This document shows, in pieces, positions 9,041-18,435 of a stretch of DNA of 63,473 nt. The stretch spans positions 1 through 63,473 of the forward strand of contig JAIPIC010000002.1 in assembly GCA_021734865.1 (NCBI GenBank), written 5' to 3'. Within the stretch, counting starts at the first letter, position 1, and each line of letters starts with the position of its first letter. The DNA is from Candidatus Woesearchaeota archaeon (GTDB lineage: Archaea; Nanobdellota; Nanobdellia; Woesearchaeales; JAIPIC01). A program made the translations under genes and the position numbers. The notes beneath the pieces are model-generated. The model was not told the DNA's origin, ran no database searches, and saw nothing but the letters and a program-made list of their open reading frames with translations.

Positions 9041-10573
9041 TTGAAAAAAAGAGTGATACTCATATTCTTAACCTTGTTTTTAGTTATCCCTCTCTTTTAT
9101 TCATATGATTCTATTGACGATCATTCTCTTGGCTATATTGACGATGATTCAAATTCTGGAGTTGACCAAAATGATAACTCTCCTACAAAAGAATACGATA
9201 TGGGTGGTGCACCGATAAATGCATTTTTGGACCAGAGGATAAGAAACATCAATCTGAACAATTTCAATGATCTTGAAAAGATGTATGAAGACATCCACAA
9301 GCTTAGCGAGTTATTCTATTCAGCTTCCGGCCTTTTCTATATGTACGGTGAAGAAAAAGCAGCTCTAATGTATCTTAATATAACAAAGAAAATATACCAG
9401 AGCACAGGAAAGGAAAACATCGTGACCCTCTTGGATTTCTATGAAAGATCTATTCGCTCAGGCAAATACAATCAGGTCTACAAGTTTGACAAAACTCTTT
9501 TTACGATAAATCCAGATTTTAGGGATGCAGTGATAACTTATGCAAAAAAAGGAGACCCTCTTATTATTGATAATCTGGTAGTTGAGATACACAACAGCAC
9601 ATCAGCAACAATCCAGATAGACAAAAGACCCGGAATATCTGGTCTATTGATTCCTTCAGATCATATCCCAAAGGTACAAACCCCACAAACCATATTTATA
9701 ACCCAGCAGCCCGAAATATCCGGACTGCTAAGATATTTCTATGGTAACTATTCAATCGTTCCTCTGCACAGCGCATACCATCAAACACCAGTATTTGAAA
9801 GTACTGATCAGAATATGAAGATTGATCTGCTTTTTGATTCACCTGAAGTTACAATAAATAATTTTGAAATAATAAAAAATCCTAAACTCTTAGTGGAAGA
9901 CCTTGAATTTTATGCATATGAACCAAACGAGGTACTCTTCCTCTCAAGCCCACAGATTCCTACTAATTACAATAGCATCGACCTACCAGCAAAGATTGTC
10001 GGTAGAAAGATGATTTCTATACAATTTAAAACAAAAAACAAAGGCCTTGAGGAAGTACAGTCTACAATCCTTTATTTTGCCATTGTCGCTTCCCTATTCT
10101 TTTTTATCCTCTTCAATTACCTTGGTGTCACATTCACAAGGCACCATTATCATAAGTCATATTTCCTTTTGGTTGTCTCAGTTATCCTCCCGTTCTACCT
10201 TTTTTTTGCACTAAAATGGCTCTTTGACCTTGTTGATTACGATACAATAGACACCCGATATACAATCTTCTGCTCTATCATTATCGCAGTGACCATGATA
10301 GCATCCTCATTTGGTTATTTCCTTGGTACAAAAGTCCTAAAGCTTGATCACCTGAAACATCAAAGAAAAATCCTAAAGGAAGAATTAAATAAACTAAAGC
10401 TCAAACAGATTGATGAGATTGTCAAATTCATCGGTTTTGAAAGTAACCAGAAACTGGATAAGGCAAAAAAAATTGAAGAGATTATCAAGCTCAAAGAAAG
10501 GGAACTCAAGGAGACTATTGCTTTCATAGAAGAAGACATAATTGATTATAAGATCAATTTCCATAAAAAATGA
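9041..10573 (+). CDS. orphan envelope protein: signal peptide, ~320-aa ectodomain, three TM helices, K/E-rich coiled-coil tail
   Basis: TTG start with GAGGT upstream. N-terminal VILIFLTLFLVIPLF. TM helices around aa 340-440. C-terminal KILKEELNKLKLKQ...KERELKE. Confidence 0.6.
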   Translation: MKKRVILIFLTLFLVIPLFYSYDSIDDHSLGYIDDDSNSGVDQNDNSPTKEYDMGGAPINAFLDQRIRNINLNNFNDLEKMYEDIHKLSELFYSASGLFYMYGEEKAALMYLNITKKIYQSTGKENIVTLLDFYERSIRSGKYNQVYKFDKTLFTINPDFRDAVITYAKKGDPLIIDNLVVEIHNSTSATIQIDKRPGISGLLIPSDHIPKVQTPQTIFITQQPEISGLLRYFYGNYSIVPLHSAYHQTPVFESTDQNMKIDLLFDSPEVTINNFEIIKNPKLLVEDLEFYAYEPNEVLFLSSPQIPTNYNSIDLPAKIVGRKMISIQFKTKNKGLEEVQSTILYFAIVASLFFFILFNYLGVTFTRHHYHKSYFLLVVSVILPFYLFFALKWLFDLVDYDTIDTRYTIFCSIIIAVTMIASSFGYFLGTKVLKLDHLKHQRKILKEELNKLKLKQIDEIVKFIGFESNQKLDKAKKIEEIIKLKERELKETIAFIEEDIIDYKINFHKK

Positions 10574-13500
10574 AATATAATATATCACCAAATCTATTGA
10601 TGAAATCGATAATTATTATGTTCTTAGTAATATTGATTCCTATTGCAATAGCACATGATATATCTGACTCTAAAACGACAACCTTTATTAAAAAAGAATT
10701 TGCTTCAAGAGGGCTATTATCAAGGATGGCTCCAATACATGAAGGAGCCCTATCTGACGAAGATTCTTCCACAACACCTCTACTCCATACAATAAAGGAT
10801 GCAGTAGTCTATGGTCAGGATATGATTGAGTCTTACACAAGGCTTAATGATTCTATAAATGTGGAATTGCTTGTTAAAATTGATAATGATTGTGACATCT
10901 CACCAGATCAGTTGAAGGTTGGTGCAGTTGATTTCTATGAGTGCGTCAATGAATCTGGCTGTTACCACCGATGTAAATTTCAGTCCAGCCAGGTTATGTT
11001 GAGCCCACAGACTCAAACTGTAAATGTATTGGTCTATGATGATGACGGTATTGAGTTATCCTTCAGCAAGCCATCGATATATTTTTATGTGGATTATTTG
11101 CCTCCGGAAGTATCAAGCATCACTTTTGATCCCCCCTACAGCGCATCAGGGTCATCAGTCCTTATTGGGGCACAGATCAATGAATATTCTTACTCAACCT
11201 CAAGTTCATCATACTGTGTTGGTGTAAAATCATATGATATTTACAAGGATTCTTCCAAATTGAAGAGCGTCAATGTTAATGGAAGAACTGGCCTATGCCA
11301 GATGTCAGTAGAACATAACATAACCACGAGCGAACTACAGCTCACAGATGGATATAACAACATCTGCATTGTGGCTTATGACACATTTGGACAAAACTCC
11401 ACAAAACAATGCGCAAATTTCATGTATGACAGCAAAGCACCTGTCTTGTCGCTTAGCAATATTGACATTGAAGCATCTGACGGAAGTGACATATCATATT
11501 ACAAAATAGGGGATGACTTACGACTAAGTTTTGAGATAAATGTTGATGAGAATATCTCCGGAATCAAATCAGGAAGCATAAAAGTGAATCTCTCTGAGTT
11601 TGGTCAGACTGAACTCTACTCTCCATCATCCTGTGGAACAGATACATATTGTGTCAATGATGTGACCTTTCCAAATAACTCATCCTCCGTAAACAATAAA
11701 GTATACATAGAAGCAGAGGATAATGCAGGCAATAGCATTATTCAGTCCTTCTCGATAACAAGAAGTCTTACAGTAGACGAGAACGCACCAACAATAACAG
11801 CTTTTATTATAAAAGATAATGATGGAACCGAACTTGATCAACGCATAATACCAGGAGACTTCTATGCAGATGTAATAATCCAGATCAAAGAAAATGAATC
11901 AGGTCTTGACGAATCCAGTGTTATGGGAGATTTTAGCAATTTCTTGATTCAGGGCAGCGTTGACGTACAAGATCCATTCTCACAGGCTGGGCAAACTCAG
12001 TCCGGCACAGCTACCTGCCAGTATACAGATGATTATTACGTATGTCTCTTCGATAATGTATACATTGACCTTAACCAGTCAGGGTCCAAGTCATTTACAG
12101 TAAATGCGACAGACAATTCAGGAAACACAAAAACACAGACTTTTTCATACGCTTTTGAAGTAGATGCAACAGCTCCAGAAGTTAGTGCATATCGAACAGA
12201 TTACTCTCAAGACAACATGTACTGGCTGGGTAAAAACAACAACACAATTTATGTGGATTTAATCGAAGCAGGCATAGGATTGTACAATAAGACAATTTAT
12301 CTCGACGGTTCAAACATAAATTCCAATAACAAGATTGAACCTTATAATTGTACTGGAGGATGGATTTGTGAATTCCGTGGAGTTGATGTTACAAGTGCAT
12401 CAGACGGTTCAAACATATCTTTTGGACTCAATATGGACTCAGCTGACGATCTGGGAAATGAGATCACTGAATCTTATCCAGGATATTTCATAATAGACCT
12501 AACTGCTCCATCTTTCATTAACATATCACAAAATTCATCTACAGGCTTCTGCCCGACTTATCTGGATAACCTTTTCATCACTGCATATGTTACTGAAAGC
12601 GGCACAGAAGAAGTGACAATTTCAGTTGATGCAGATGAAATCTCAACATATACAAATCCTGTTTTCTCAAACAGCTGTGAGCTTGAAGATAATGAAACAA
12701 ATCTTTGGAAATGCGAACTTACAATAACTGACTTAAACACTTACTACACTGATGCAACGCTAGACGTAGTACTCAGTGATGGTGTTGGCAATAATCATAC
12801 TGAGTCAATTGATGTTGAGGTATGTAAACATTCATCTGATACTCCTGTTTGTGTTACAATCTCCTACGACACACCTGAGACACTTCCAGAGAAAGTTGAC
12901 CTTCTGGCCATGTCAACGACTTCTGTTCCATTATTTATTCATCTTAACTTAAATGTCTGCGCTGATGGCATTATTTATACTAAATCAATCGATTGTTCCG
13001 ATACAGGTAACCTTGACAGTACATATGCCCCATATTTGATAGCTGACTCTACAGATGACCCTTATCTTTCAATGCGCCTGAAAGGGACAGAGATCGTTGA
13101 TGAAGATGACGATGACAAGATGGACATCAAGTGTAATCTCTCGATGAAGATGCGAGTTGGCTCAACAGTGTATGAAGATCTGGAGCAAGAGTCCATTTCA
13201 CTCAATGTTGAGACTTACAACAATCCATTGGGAAGCATTGGAGATGAAGCTAATGAGACCATTCAGGAACTTGAAGACAAAATTGATGGCCTGGAAACTG
13301 AAATAAAGGATATGGAGGACGACCTTGAGACATGGACTACCATCTGCCAGATTGTAGACTTAATATTGAAGATCGTCAGTCTCATACAGGCAGTCTCAAG
13401 CATACTTACTGGTATTGGGTGTGCGATTGCAGCATTTCCTCCATTGGCAGGAGTTGGTGAAGCAATTGCCAAAGCAGGCTGCTGGGTCTCAAGCATATTT

Positions 13501-14514
13501 AACTTCTTAGGAGGGTCGTGGTATACAGATAGCCCAATGCTTCAGAAGGCCATTGGTATTATAGGTTTCCTAATGAAACTTCAATGCGCAATGGTATCCT
13601 GTAAAATCTGTACAACATCCTACTGGCAGGGTGCATTCTTTTCAGCAGTAGGAATGGCAGCTAATTTTGTCGCTACAGGATATACTCCTCCATCTGAAAT
13701 ATCTAGAACGGAAGGAAAATGGGTTCGTGATGATGATAAATCTGCAGAATCGGGTTCTACTATGTATCGTTATGAGGGTGACATACAATATGTGGAAGAT
13801 GCAAATTTATATGATTCATATTCTAACATTAGGGCACATAGTGGTCCAATGGGTTGGACCGAAAAGGATGAGTCTTGGTCTGAGAAAATTGCGTCTGATT
13901 GGTCAAGTGGAATAACCGGAGGTTGGCGATCTGACCCTTCAATGGCAAACCATCCAGATAATCTTGACTACAGTGCAGACTCTGTTGATGATGGATATAT
14001 AATGAATCCATACAAGTCCATCCACTTTGCAAAAGGATGCTACTGCAAGCCGGGCGAAATATATAATAAGAGGAAGATGAGACAGCTCTATTGCATCCAG
14101 AAGGACTGCATCCAGCAGAATGCCCTGGTTGGGCTACCTACTTATGCCTGCGACCTACAGATGAAAGAGAACTGGTGCTTATATGTTGACAGCGCAGAAT
14201 ACTTAAAGTATGGGGCAGACAATATCTTCCAAGAAGTCATGGACAATTTAGTAGATATAATATTTAGTGATATGCTAGCAGCAGCACTGGCAATTGTAGG
14301 TATTGCATGTCAGGTCTTCCAACTAATACTGGGACAATCCCTTGCTACATGTAATGCAGACCATGCTCCGGTTTGTTCATCGAAATGGTGGGTAATCGGA
14401 TGCGGGCTTGTCAGCGCAGCTCAAGGAATTATGAGCCTCATGTCACTTATGAACAACGGCTTTGATACAGATTCGTATAACAGCGCCTTACAGGGGACGG
14501 ATTACTGCTCATGA
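10570..14514 (+). CDS. giant (1314 aa) surface protein: Ig-like repeats, coiled coil, Cys-rich hydrophobic C-terminal module
   Basis: ATGA overlap with the upstream gene. Signal/anchor KSIIIMFLVILIPIAIA. Repeated domain-end motifs DTFGQNS, AEDNAGNS, ATDNSGNT, ADDLGNE, SDGVGNN. Many N-x-S/T sequons. ETIQELEDKIDGLETEIKDMEDDLE is followed by Gly/Ala-rich hydrophobic segments. Confidence 0.7.
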   Translation: MKYNISPNLLMKSIIIMFLVILIPIAIAHDISDSKTTTFIKKEFASRGLLSRMAPIHEGALSDEDSSTTPLLHTIKDAVVYGQDMIESYTRLNDSINVELLVKIDNDCDISPDQLKVGAVDFYECVNESGCYHRCKFQSSQVMLSPQTQTVNVLVYDDDGIELSFSKPSIYFYVDYLPPEVSSITFDPPYSASGSSVLIGAQINEYSYSTSSSSYCVGVKSYDIYKDSSKLKSVNVNGRTGLCQMSVEHNITTSELQLTDGYNNICIVAYDTFGQNSTKQCANFMYDSKAPVLSLSNIDIEASDGSDISYYKIGDDLRLSFEINVDENISGIKSGSIKVNLSEFGQTELYSPSSCGTDTYCVNDVTFPNNSSSVNNKVYIEAEDNAGNSIIQSFSITRSLTVDENAPTITAFIIKDNDGTELDQRIIPGDFYADVIIQIKENESGLDESSVMGDFSNFLIQGSVDVQDPFSQAGQTQSGTATCQYTDDYYVCLFDNVYIDLNQSGSKSFTVNATDNSGNTKTQTFSYAFEVDATAPEVSAYRTDYSQDNMYWLGKNNNTIYVDLIEAGIGLYNKTIYLDGSNINSNNKIEPYNCTGGWICEFRGVDVTSASDGSNISFGLNMDSADDLGNEITESYPGYFIIDLTAPSFINISQNSSTGFCPTYLDNLFITAYVTESGTEEVTISVDADEISTYTNPVFSNSCELEDNETNLWKCELTITDLNTYYTDATLDVVLSDGVGNNHTESIDVEVCKHSSDTPVCVTISYDTPETLPEKVDLLAMSTTSVPLFIHLNLNVCADGIIYTKSIDCSDTGNLDSTYAPYLIADSTDDPYLSMRLKGTEIVDEDDDDKMDIKCNLSMKMRVGSTVYEDLEQESISLNVETYNNPLGSIGDEANETIQELEDKIDGLETEIKDMEDDLETWTTICQIVDLILKIVSLIQAVSSILTGIGCAIAAFPPLAGVGEAIAKAGCWVSSIFNFLGGSWYTDSPMLQKAIGIIGFLMKLQCAMVSCKICTTSYWQGAFFSAVGMAANFVATGYTPPSEISRTEGKWVRDDDKSAESGSTMYRYEGDIQYVEDANLYDSYSNIRAHSGPMGWTEKDESWSEKIASDWSSGITGGWRSDPSMANHPDNLDYSADSVDDGYIMNPYKSIHFAKGCYCKPGEIYNKRKMRQLYCIQKDCIQQNALVGLPTYACDLQMKENWCLYVDSAEYLKYGADNIFQEVMDNLVDIIFSDMLAAALAIVGIACQVFQLILGQSLATCNADHAPVCSSKWWVIGCGLVSAAQGIMSLMSLMNNGFDTDSYNSALQGTDYCS

Positions 14515-15110
14515 AAAAGACAATTATTGTATGGATTACAGCACTTATGATTTTGGCACAAATAGCCACAGCAGGGATATTTGGAGGCGACGACAGCGAC
14601 TCACCAGTTGGCTTTGATTGGTATGAAGTAGAGGACTGGGAGCGCACATACTGCCAGGGATATGCAGGAACAGATACTTCCCAATCATATTATGGCAGCA
14701 CACAGACTGCAACAGAGTACCCTTGGAGTGTTGTTCTGGTTACTATTCAAGCTGAAAAAGAAAATTACACTATTGACGGGAACGATACATTCCTCTATAA
14801 GTTATCTTATTATATCAGACCTGGAAATGGAAGCATGGATTTCGCAGTCAGAGCAGTCTGCTCAGATTGCACAGATCAATACAAACAGATACAGGGACAG
14901 ACGACTATTTCCAGCACATCAGGAATGTCTGGATATGAAGCATGGTATACTAATGAAACATACACAAAAGCCCAAATTAAATATGTGGGTTCCGGTACAG
15001 GTGTCTCAAGTACGTTTACCGTGCCTTTCGTTGATGAAGATTATGAGTATGATGACGCCTGCACAGGCTGTGGAAGCTCTGGCGGTGCTGGCACATGGGA
15101 TGATTGGTGA
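14511..15110 (+). CDS. small secreted Cys-containing protein, function unknown
   Basis: ATGA overlap with the upstream gene. Sec-type signal KKTIIVWITALMILAQIATAG. Cys pairs CSDC and CTGC. Confidence 0.6.
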   Translation: MKKTIIVWITALMILAQIATAGIFGGDDSDSPVGFDWYEVEDWERTYCQGYAGTDTSQSYYGSTQTATEYPWSVVLVTIQAEKENYTIDGNDTFLYKLSYYIRPGNGSMDFAVRAVCSDCTDQYKQIQGQTTISSTSGMSGYEAWYTNETYTKAQIKYVGSGTGVSSTFTVPFVDEDYEYDDACTGCGSSGGAGTWDDW

Positions 15111-16126
15111 ATATGATAAAATATCTGGCACTTGGACTTGGACTTGCTGTTTTTGCTTATCAATGGTATAAGGTTAAAAAAACAGAGTTCTTGATATATA
15201 CTGCAATATTTTTCTATGCCGGATTTGCAGCCTTATCTGCGATTACAATGCGTTTTTTTACTATTGATATCCAATATCTTGGAGTAGCTGCCCTTCTGAT
15301 ATCAATATCTGCATTATATACTGTTTATCCATTGGAAAAATATATTACCAAGTTAAAGAAATACATTATGGTACGACCAACTTGGGCATACATGAAGAGA
15401 TGTGTATTATCAGACCTTTCATTGATAATCATAATTGCTCTGATAATTGTTGCAACAGGACTGCTTGTCAATAATTCCCCTCAGAAAATCAGTGAACTGT
15501 CCAAAGAACTTTTGATCATCGGTTCCCAGGCAACATCCTCAAGTCAAACTGCAGGTTTATCCGACCGTATGCAAAATGTTGACTCAAGCTTAATGGGCTT
15601 GGTTTTATTTTATCTTGGAATATTTTTTGTAGCAATTAATCTGATAATTATTGCATTCTATTCAACAAGATCATTTATATATTCTCAATTATTGGGTAAT
15701 AAACCAAGCTGGAAGGATGGACTCAAATTAACAGTTAGAGGTTATGTATCAATATTGCTTCTAATTGTTTTTTCTGTTATTATAGCATTGATAATAAAGG
15801 ATTGGATGACAGTGGTCATTCTGGCAATAGCTGTGATACTTTTTGTATTTTTGTCCTTCCATATGAGCTCGATTAATTATGAAAAAAAGAAGATTGTAGC
15901 TGTTATTAAAATCACTTTTAAAGTGTTAAAAGACAAAATCCTATACTCCCTTGGTGCACTGTCATTGATACTATTCATAGTAAACCTTTACCTCCTCGCC
16001 CTGAGCAGAATTATGCTCATGTCCCAGTTCATCATGAATATAATGATAATAATAACGCTCATTATCACATACATTTACATAATATGGGTAAGATTAGTGT
16101 ACTTTAACATATCAACTACAAAATGA
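15104..16126 (+). CDS. polytopic (about 8 TM) membrane protein, function unknown
   Basis: 340-aa hydrophobic ORF. The start is ambiguous (TTG 15104, GTG 15107 or ATG 15113) and abuts or overlaps the upstream stop at 15108-15110. Confidence 0.6.
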   Translation: MVNMIKYLALGLGLAVFAYQWYKVKKTEFLIYTAIFFYAGFAALSAITMRFFTIDIQYLGVAALLISISALYTVYPLEKYITKLKKYIMVRPTWAYMKRCVLSDLSLIIIIALIIVATGLLVNNSPQKISELSKELLIIGSQATSSSQTAGLSDRMQNVDSSLMGLVLFYLGIFFVAINLIIIAFYSTRSFIYSQLLGNKPSWKDGLKLTVRGYVSILLLIVFSVIIALIIKDWMTVVILAIAVILFVFLSFHMSSINYEKKKIVAVIKITFKVLKDKILYSLGALSLILFIVNLYLLALSRIMLMSQFIMNIMIIITLIITYIYIIWVRLVYFNISTTK

Positions 16127-18408
16127 AAAAAAGAGGCCAAATTACAGCGATAATGATCGCATTACTTGTGTTAGCCATATCAGTGTCCTTAGCATATTAC
16201 TTCTATTACACCCAGGTCCGGACAGGAAGTGAGGTGGGCGTAGACATAACTTCAAGTGCTGGAGAGACTATAACAATTGGAAATACATATGTGCAAAACT
16301 GCCTTGACAATGCACTCGTCGACATTGTCTCAAAATTAGGTGAAAGAGGTGGATATGTATCTCTTGACGACAATGAACTTGGAATCAGTTTTGATCTCGA
16401 CAGCATGAAACCGACGGAATCCGAGGCTGTTGCTTTTACTACAGGGGGAGATTACTTTATACCATACTGGTGGTTCATGCGAAAACCAAATGATTGTCTG
16501 GCATGTACCATGGATTCAAAAGCACCAAGCAAGACATTAGTAATAGAGCAGATAGATAAATACGTCAAACAGGAATTTCTTGATTGCTTACAAGATTTCA
16601 AAGCAATAAAAGACATGGGATATGAAGTTGAGACTGACTTAGATCCACAGCTCGTCGTAGAGTTTGGAGCAGAAGATACACTCGTCAAGCTTTCCATGCC
16701 CTTCTCCTTAAAAAAGCAGGATGTTGAGAAAGTGGATTTTGATAGATTTGAATCAAGATATAATGTTCCACTTTCAAAATTCTTCACAATTGCATCTACA
16801 ATAACAGAATTCGAAAAAACAGTCATGGCCTTTGATAAAATCCTAATTAACATAATCTCTTTATATGGAAAACCAAAATACGATGCAATTCCACCAATGG
16901 CATATTCAGATAACGAGCCTTTGTATGTTACATGGAGCAAAACCTTGGTTGAAAGACAGGTTCGTGAAGTCATGATGTCAACAATACCTTTCATATCAAT
17001 AAATGGATCAGCTAATGAATTTGTCATACCTTCGTCTGACCCGTATTCAGCAGGTGTTTACAATACTTTTGTATGGGACATCTTTGATCCTGATTATGAT
17101 ATCAGTGCCTATGAGATCTATTTCCATTATCTTGGCTGGCCATTTCACTTTGATATAACACCAAGGAACGGGGATACAATTAAACCAGACACTGTTATCA
17201 ATACCTTTTTTATGAATGTCAGACCACCTACATATTACAATAGGTATAATTTTTTCTATGATCTGTCAGTGCCGGTTGTTGTTGAGATCAGGAACAACAA
17301 AGTAGCCAACAAAAAAGGATATTCATTCTTCTTTGCACTTGAGGCTAATATCCGTGACAATATGGACATGTACAGGTTCAATGATGGAACAGGTTCATAT
17401 GGCTCGATGGATTATTCTAATGTGAATGTTACATTGGATTACATAATCAGTAACGGAACCAGAATGGTATCTACTTCCAACACCCAGTCCTCAAGAAAAC
17501 TGTTCTGCAACACTAACCAGCGATTATCAGCAAATGTTACAGTCAATGTAATTGATGGTTATACAGGTCAGCCCCTCAATAATACACTCCTCCAGTATTC
17601 ATGCGGAGACCATGCGATCTGTCCCCAGGGCTATGCTCATTATGACCGAACTACAATGAAATCCTCATATGAAGCCAAGTTCCCTGTATGCTTAGGAGGC
17701 GCTCTATATGCAAGTGCTCCTGGCTATGAAACAGCAGTCACAAATCTTGACACTAACTTTGAGGATGAAAAGACCGTTGAGATTGGTCTGTACGAAAAAA
17801 GGAACGTATCTGTTGACTTCAAAGTATATCAGGCAACTGACTCAAATATATTATCTGGTATGGGTGGCACATTAAACACAGATGAAATGGCTATAATCAG
17901 CCTCCAAAAGATTAGAAATGCATCAAATTTCTTTGAAGATCATGTGAGTTATAAGCTAATTGCATTTGGAAATGGCACGACCGGTCTGGACAACATCGAT
18001 CTCGTTCCAGGCAAATATACTGTCTCTGGACAAATATTAGATATGGCTGGATACACAATACAGGCACACTGCAAACGCTATTGTTCTTCCTATGATAGTG
18101 ATGGGGATTGCGAATCCTATTCCACAACACCTGATCAAAACATAGATATATCTCCTGCTCCAATGGGGGGGATTGATATAAATTCCACTGATCCATTGAT
18201 TATCCTTCCACAAGATCTCAGATTTGCTAATAATCTTGAAATAAGATTAGTGCGTGTCAGACAGTCGACATGTGTTGATGAAGCAAACATGACCAGCACG
18301 GACAGCTGCCAGGCTCCTGGCGGAATTTGTATTGGGATGAGCGAACTCACAAGATGGATGCAGTTGAATTCTGATAATTATGTGGAGTTAATGCCAAGAT
18401 TAGGATAA
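16123..18408 (+). CDS. 761-aa extracellular protein with class III (type IV pilin-like) N-terminus
   Basis: ATGA overlap with the upstream gene. MKKRG|QITAIMIALLVLAISVSLAYYFY resembles archaeal prepilin signals (K/R-G then Q-I plus a hydrophobic helix). The rest is beta-rich with sequons and a carboxypeptidase-regulatory-like stretch (NVTVNVIDGYTGQPL). Confidence 0.6.
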   Translation: MKKRGQITAIMIALLVLAISVSLAYYFYYTQVRTGSEVGVDITSSAGETITIGNTYVQNCLDNALVDIVSKLGERGGYVSLDDNELGISFDLDSMKPTESEAVAFTTGGDYFIPYWWFMRKPNDCLACTMDSKAPSKTLVIEQIDKYVKQEFLDCLQDFKAIKDMGYEVETDLDPQLVVEFGAEDTLVKLSMPFSLKKQDVEKVDFDRFESRYNVPLSKFFTIASTITEFEKTVMAFDKILINIISLYGKPKYDAIPPMAYSDNEPLYVTWSKTLVERQVREVMMSTIPFISINGSANEFVIPSSDPYSAGVYNTFVWDIFDPDYDISAYEIYFHYLGWPFHFDITPRNGDTIKPDTVINTFFMNVRPPTYYNRYNFFYDLSVPVVVEIRNNKVANKKGYSFFFALEANIRDNMDMYRFNDGTGSYGSMDYSNVNVTLDYIISNGTRMVSTSNTQSSRKLFCNTNQRLSANVTVNVIDGYTGQPLNNTLLQYSCGDHAICPQGYAHYDRTTMKSSYEAKFPVCLGGALYASAPGYETAVTNLDTNFEDEKTVEIGLYEKRNVSVDFKVYQATDSNILSGMGGTLNTDEMAIISLQKIRNASNFFEDHVSYKLIAFGNGTTGLDNIDLVPGKYTVSGQILDMAGYTIQAHCKRYCSSYDSDGDCESYSTTPDQNIDISPAPMGGIDINSTDPLIILPQDLRFANNLEIRLVRVRQSTCVDEANMTSTDSCQAPGGICIGMSELTRWMQLNSDNYVELMPRLG

Positions 18409-18435
18409 TCTGAAAATATTCTTGAATCAAGATAA

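Noticed and set aside
14662-15171. 169-aa alternative-frame ORF
   Set aside because: It overlaps the 14511-15110 and 15104-16126 genes in another frame. It has no signal or motif and would break the operon's start/stop coupling.
9041-18408. Interpretation as an integrated virus or provirus structural module
   Set aside because: There is no integrase, packaging ATPase, capsid-like protein, att-like repeat or tRNA target in or beside the block. The flanks are housekeeping (metG) and composition matches the surroundings. A cellular envelope operon is more parsimonious, although a viral origin for individual genes cannot be excluded.
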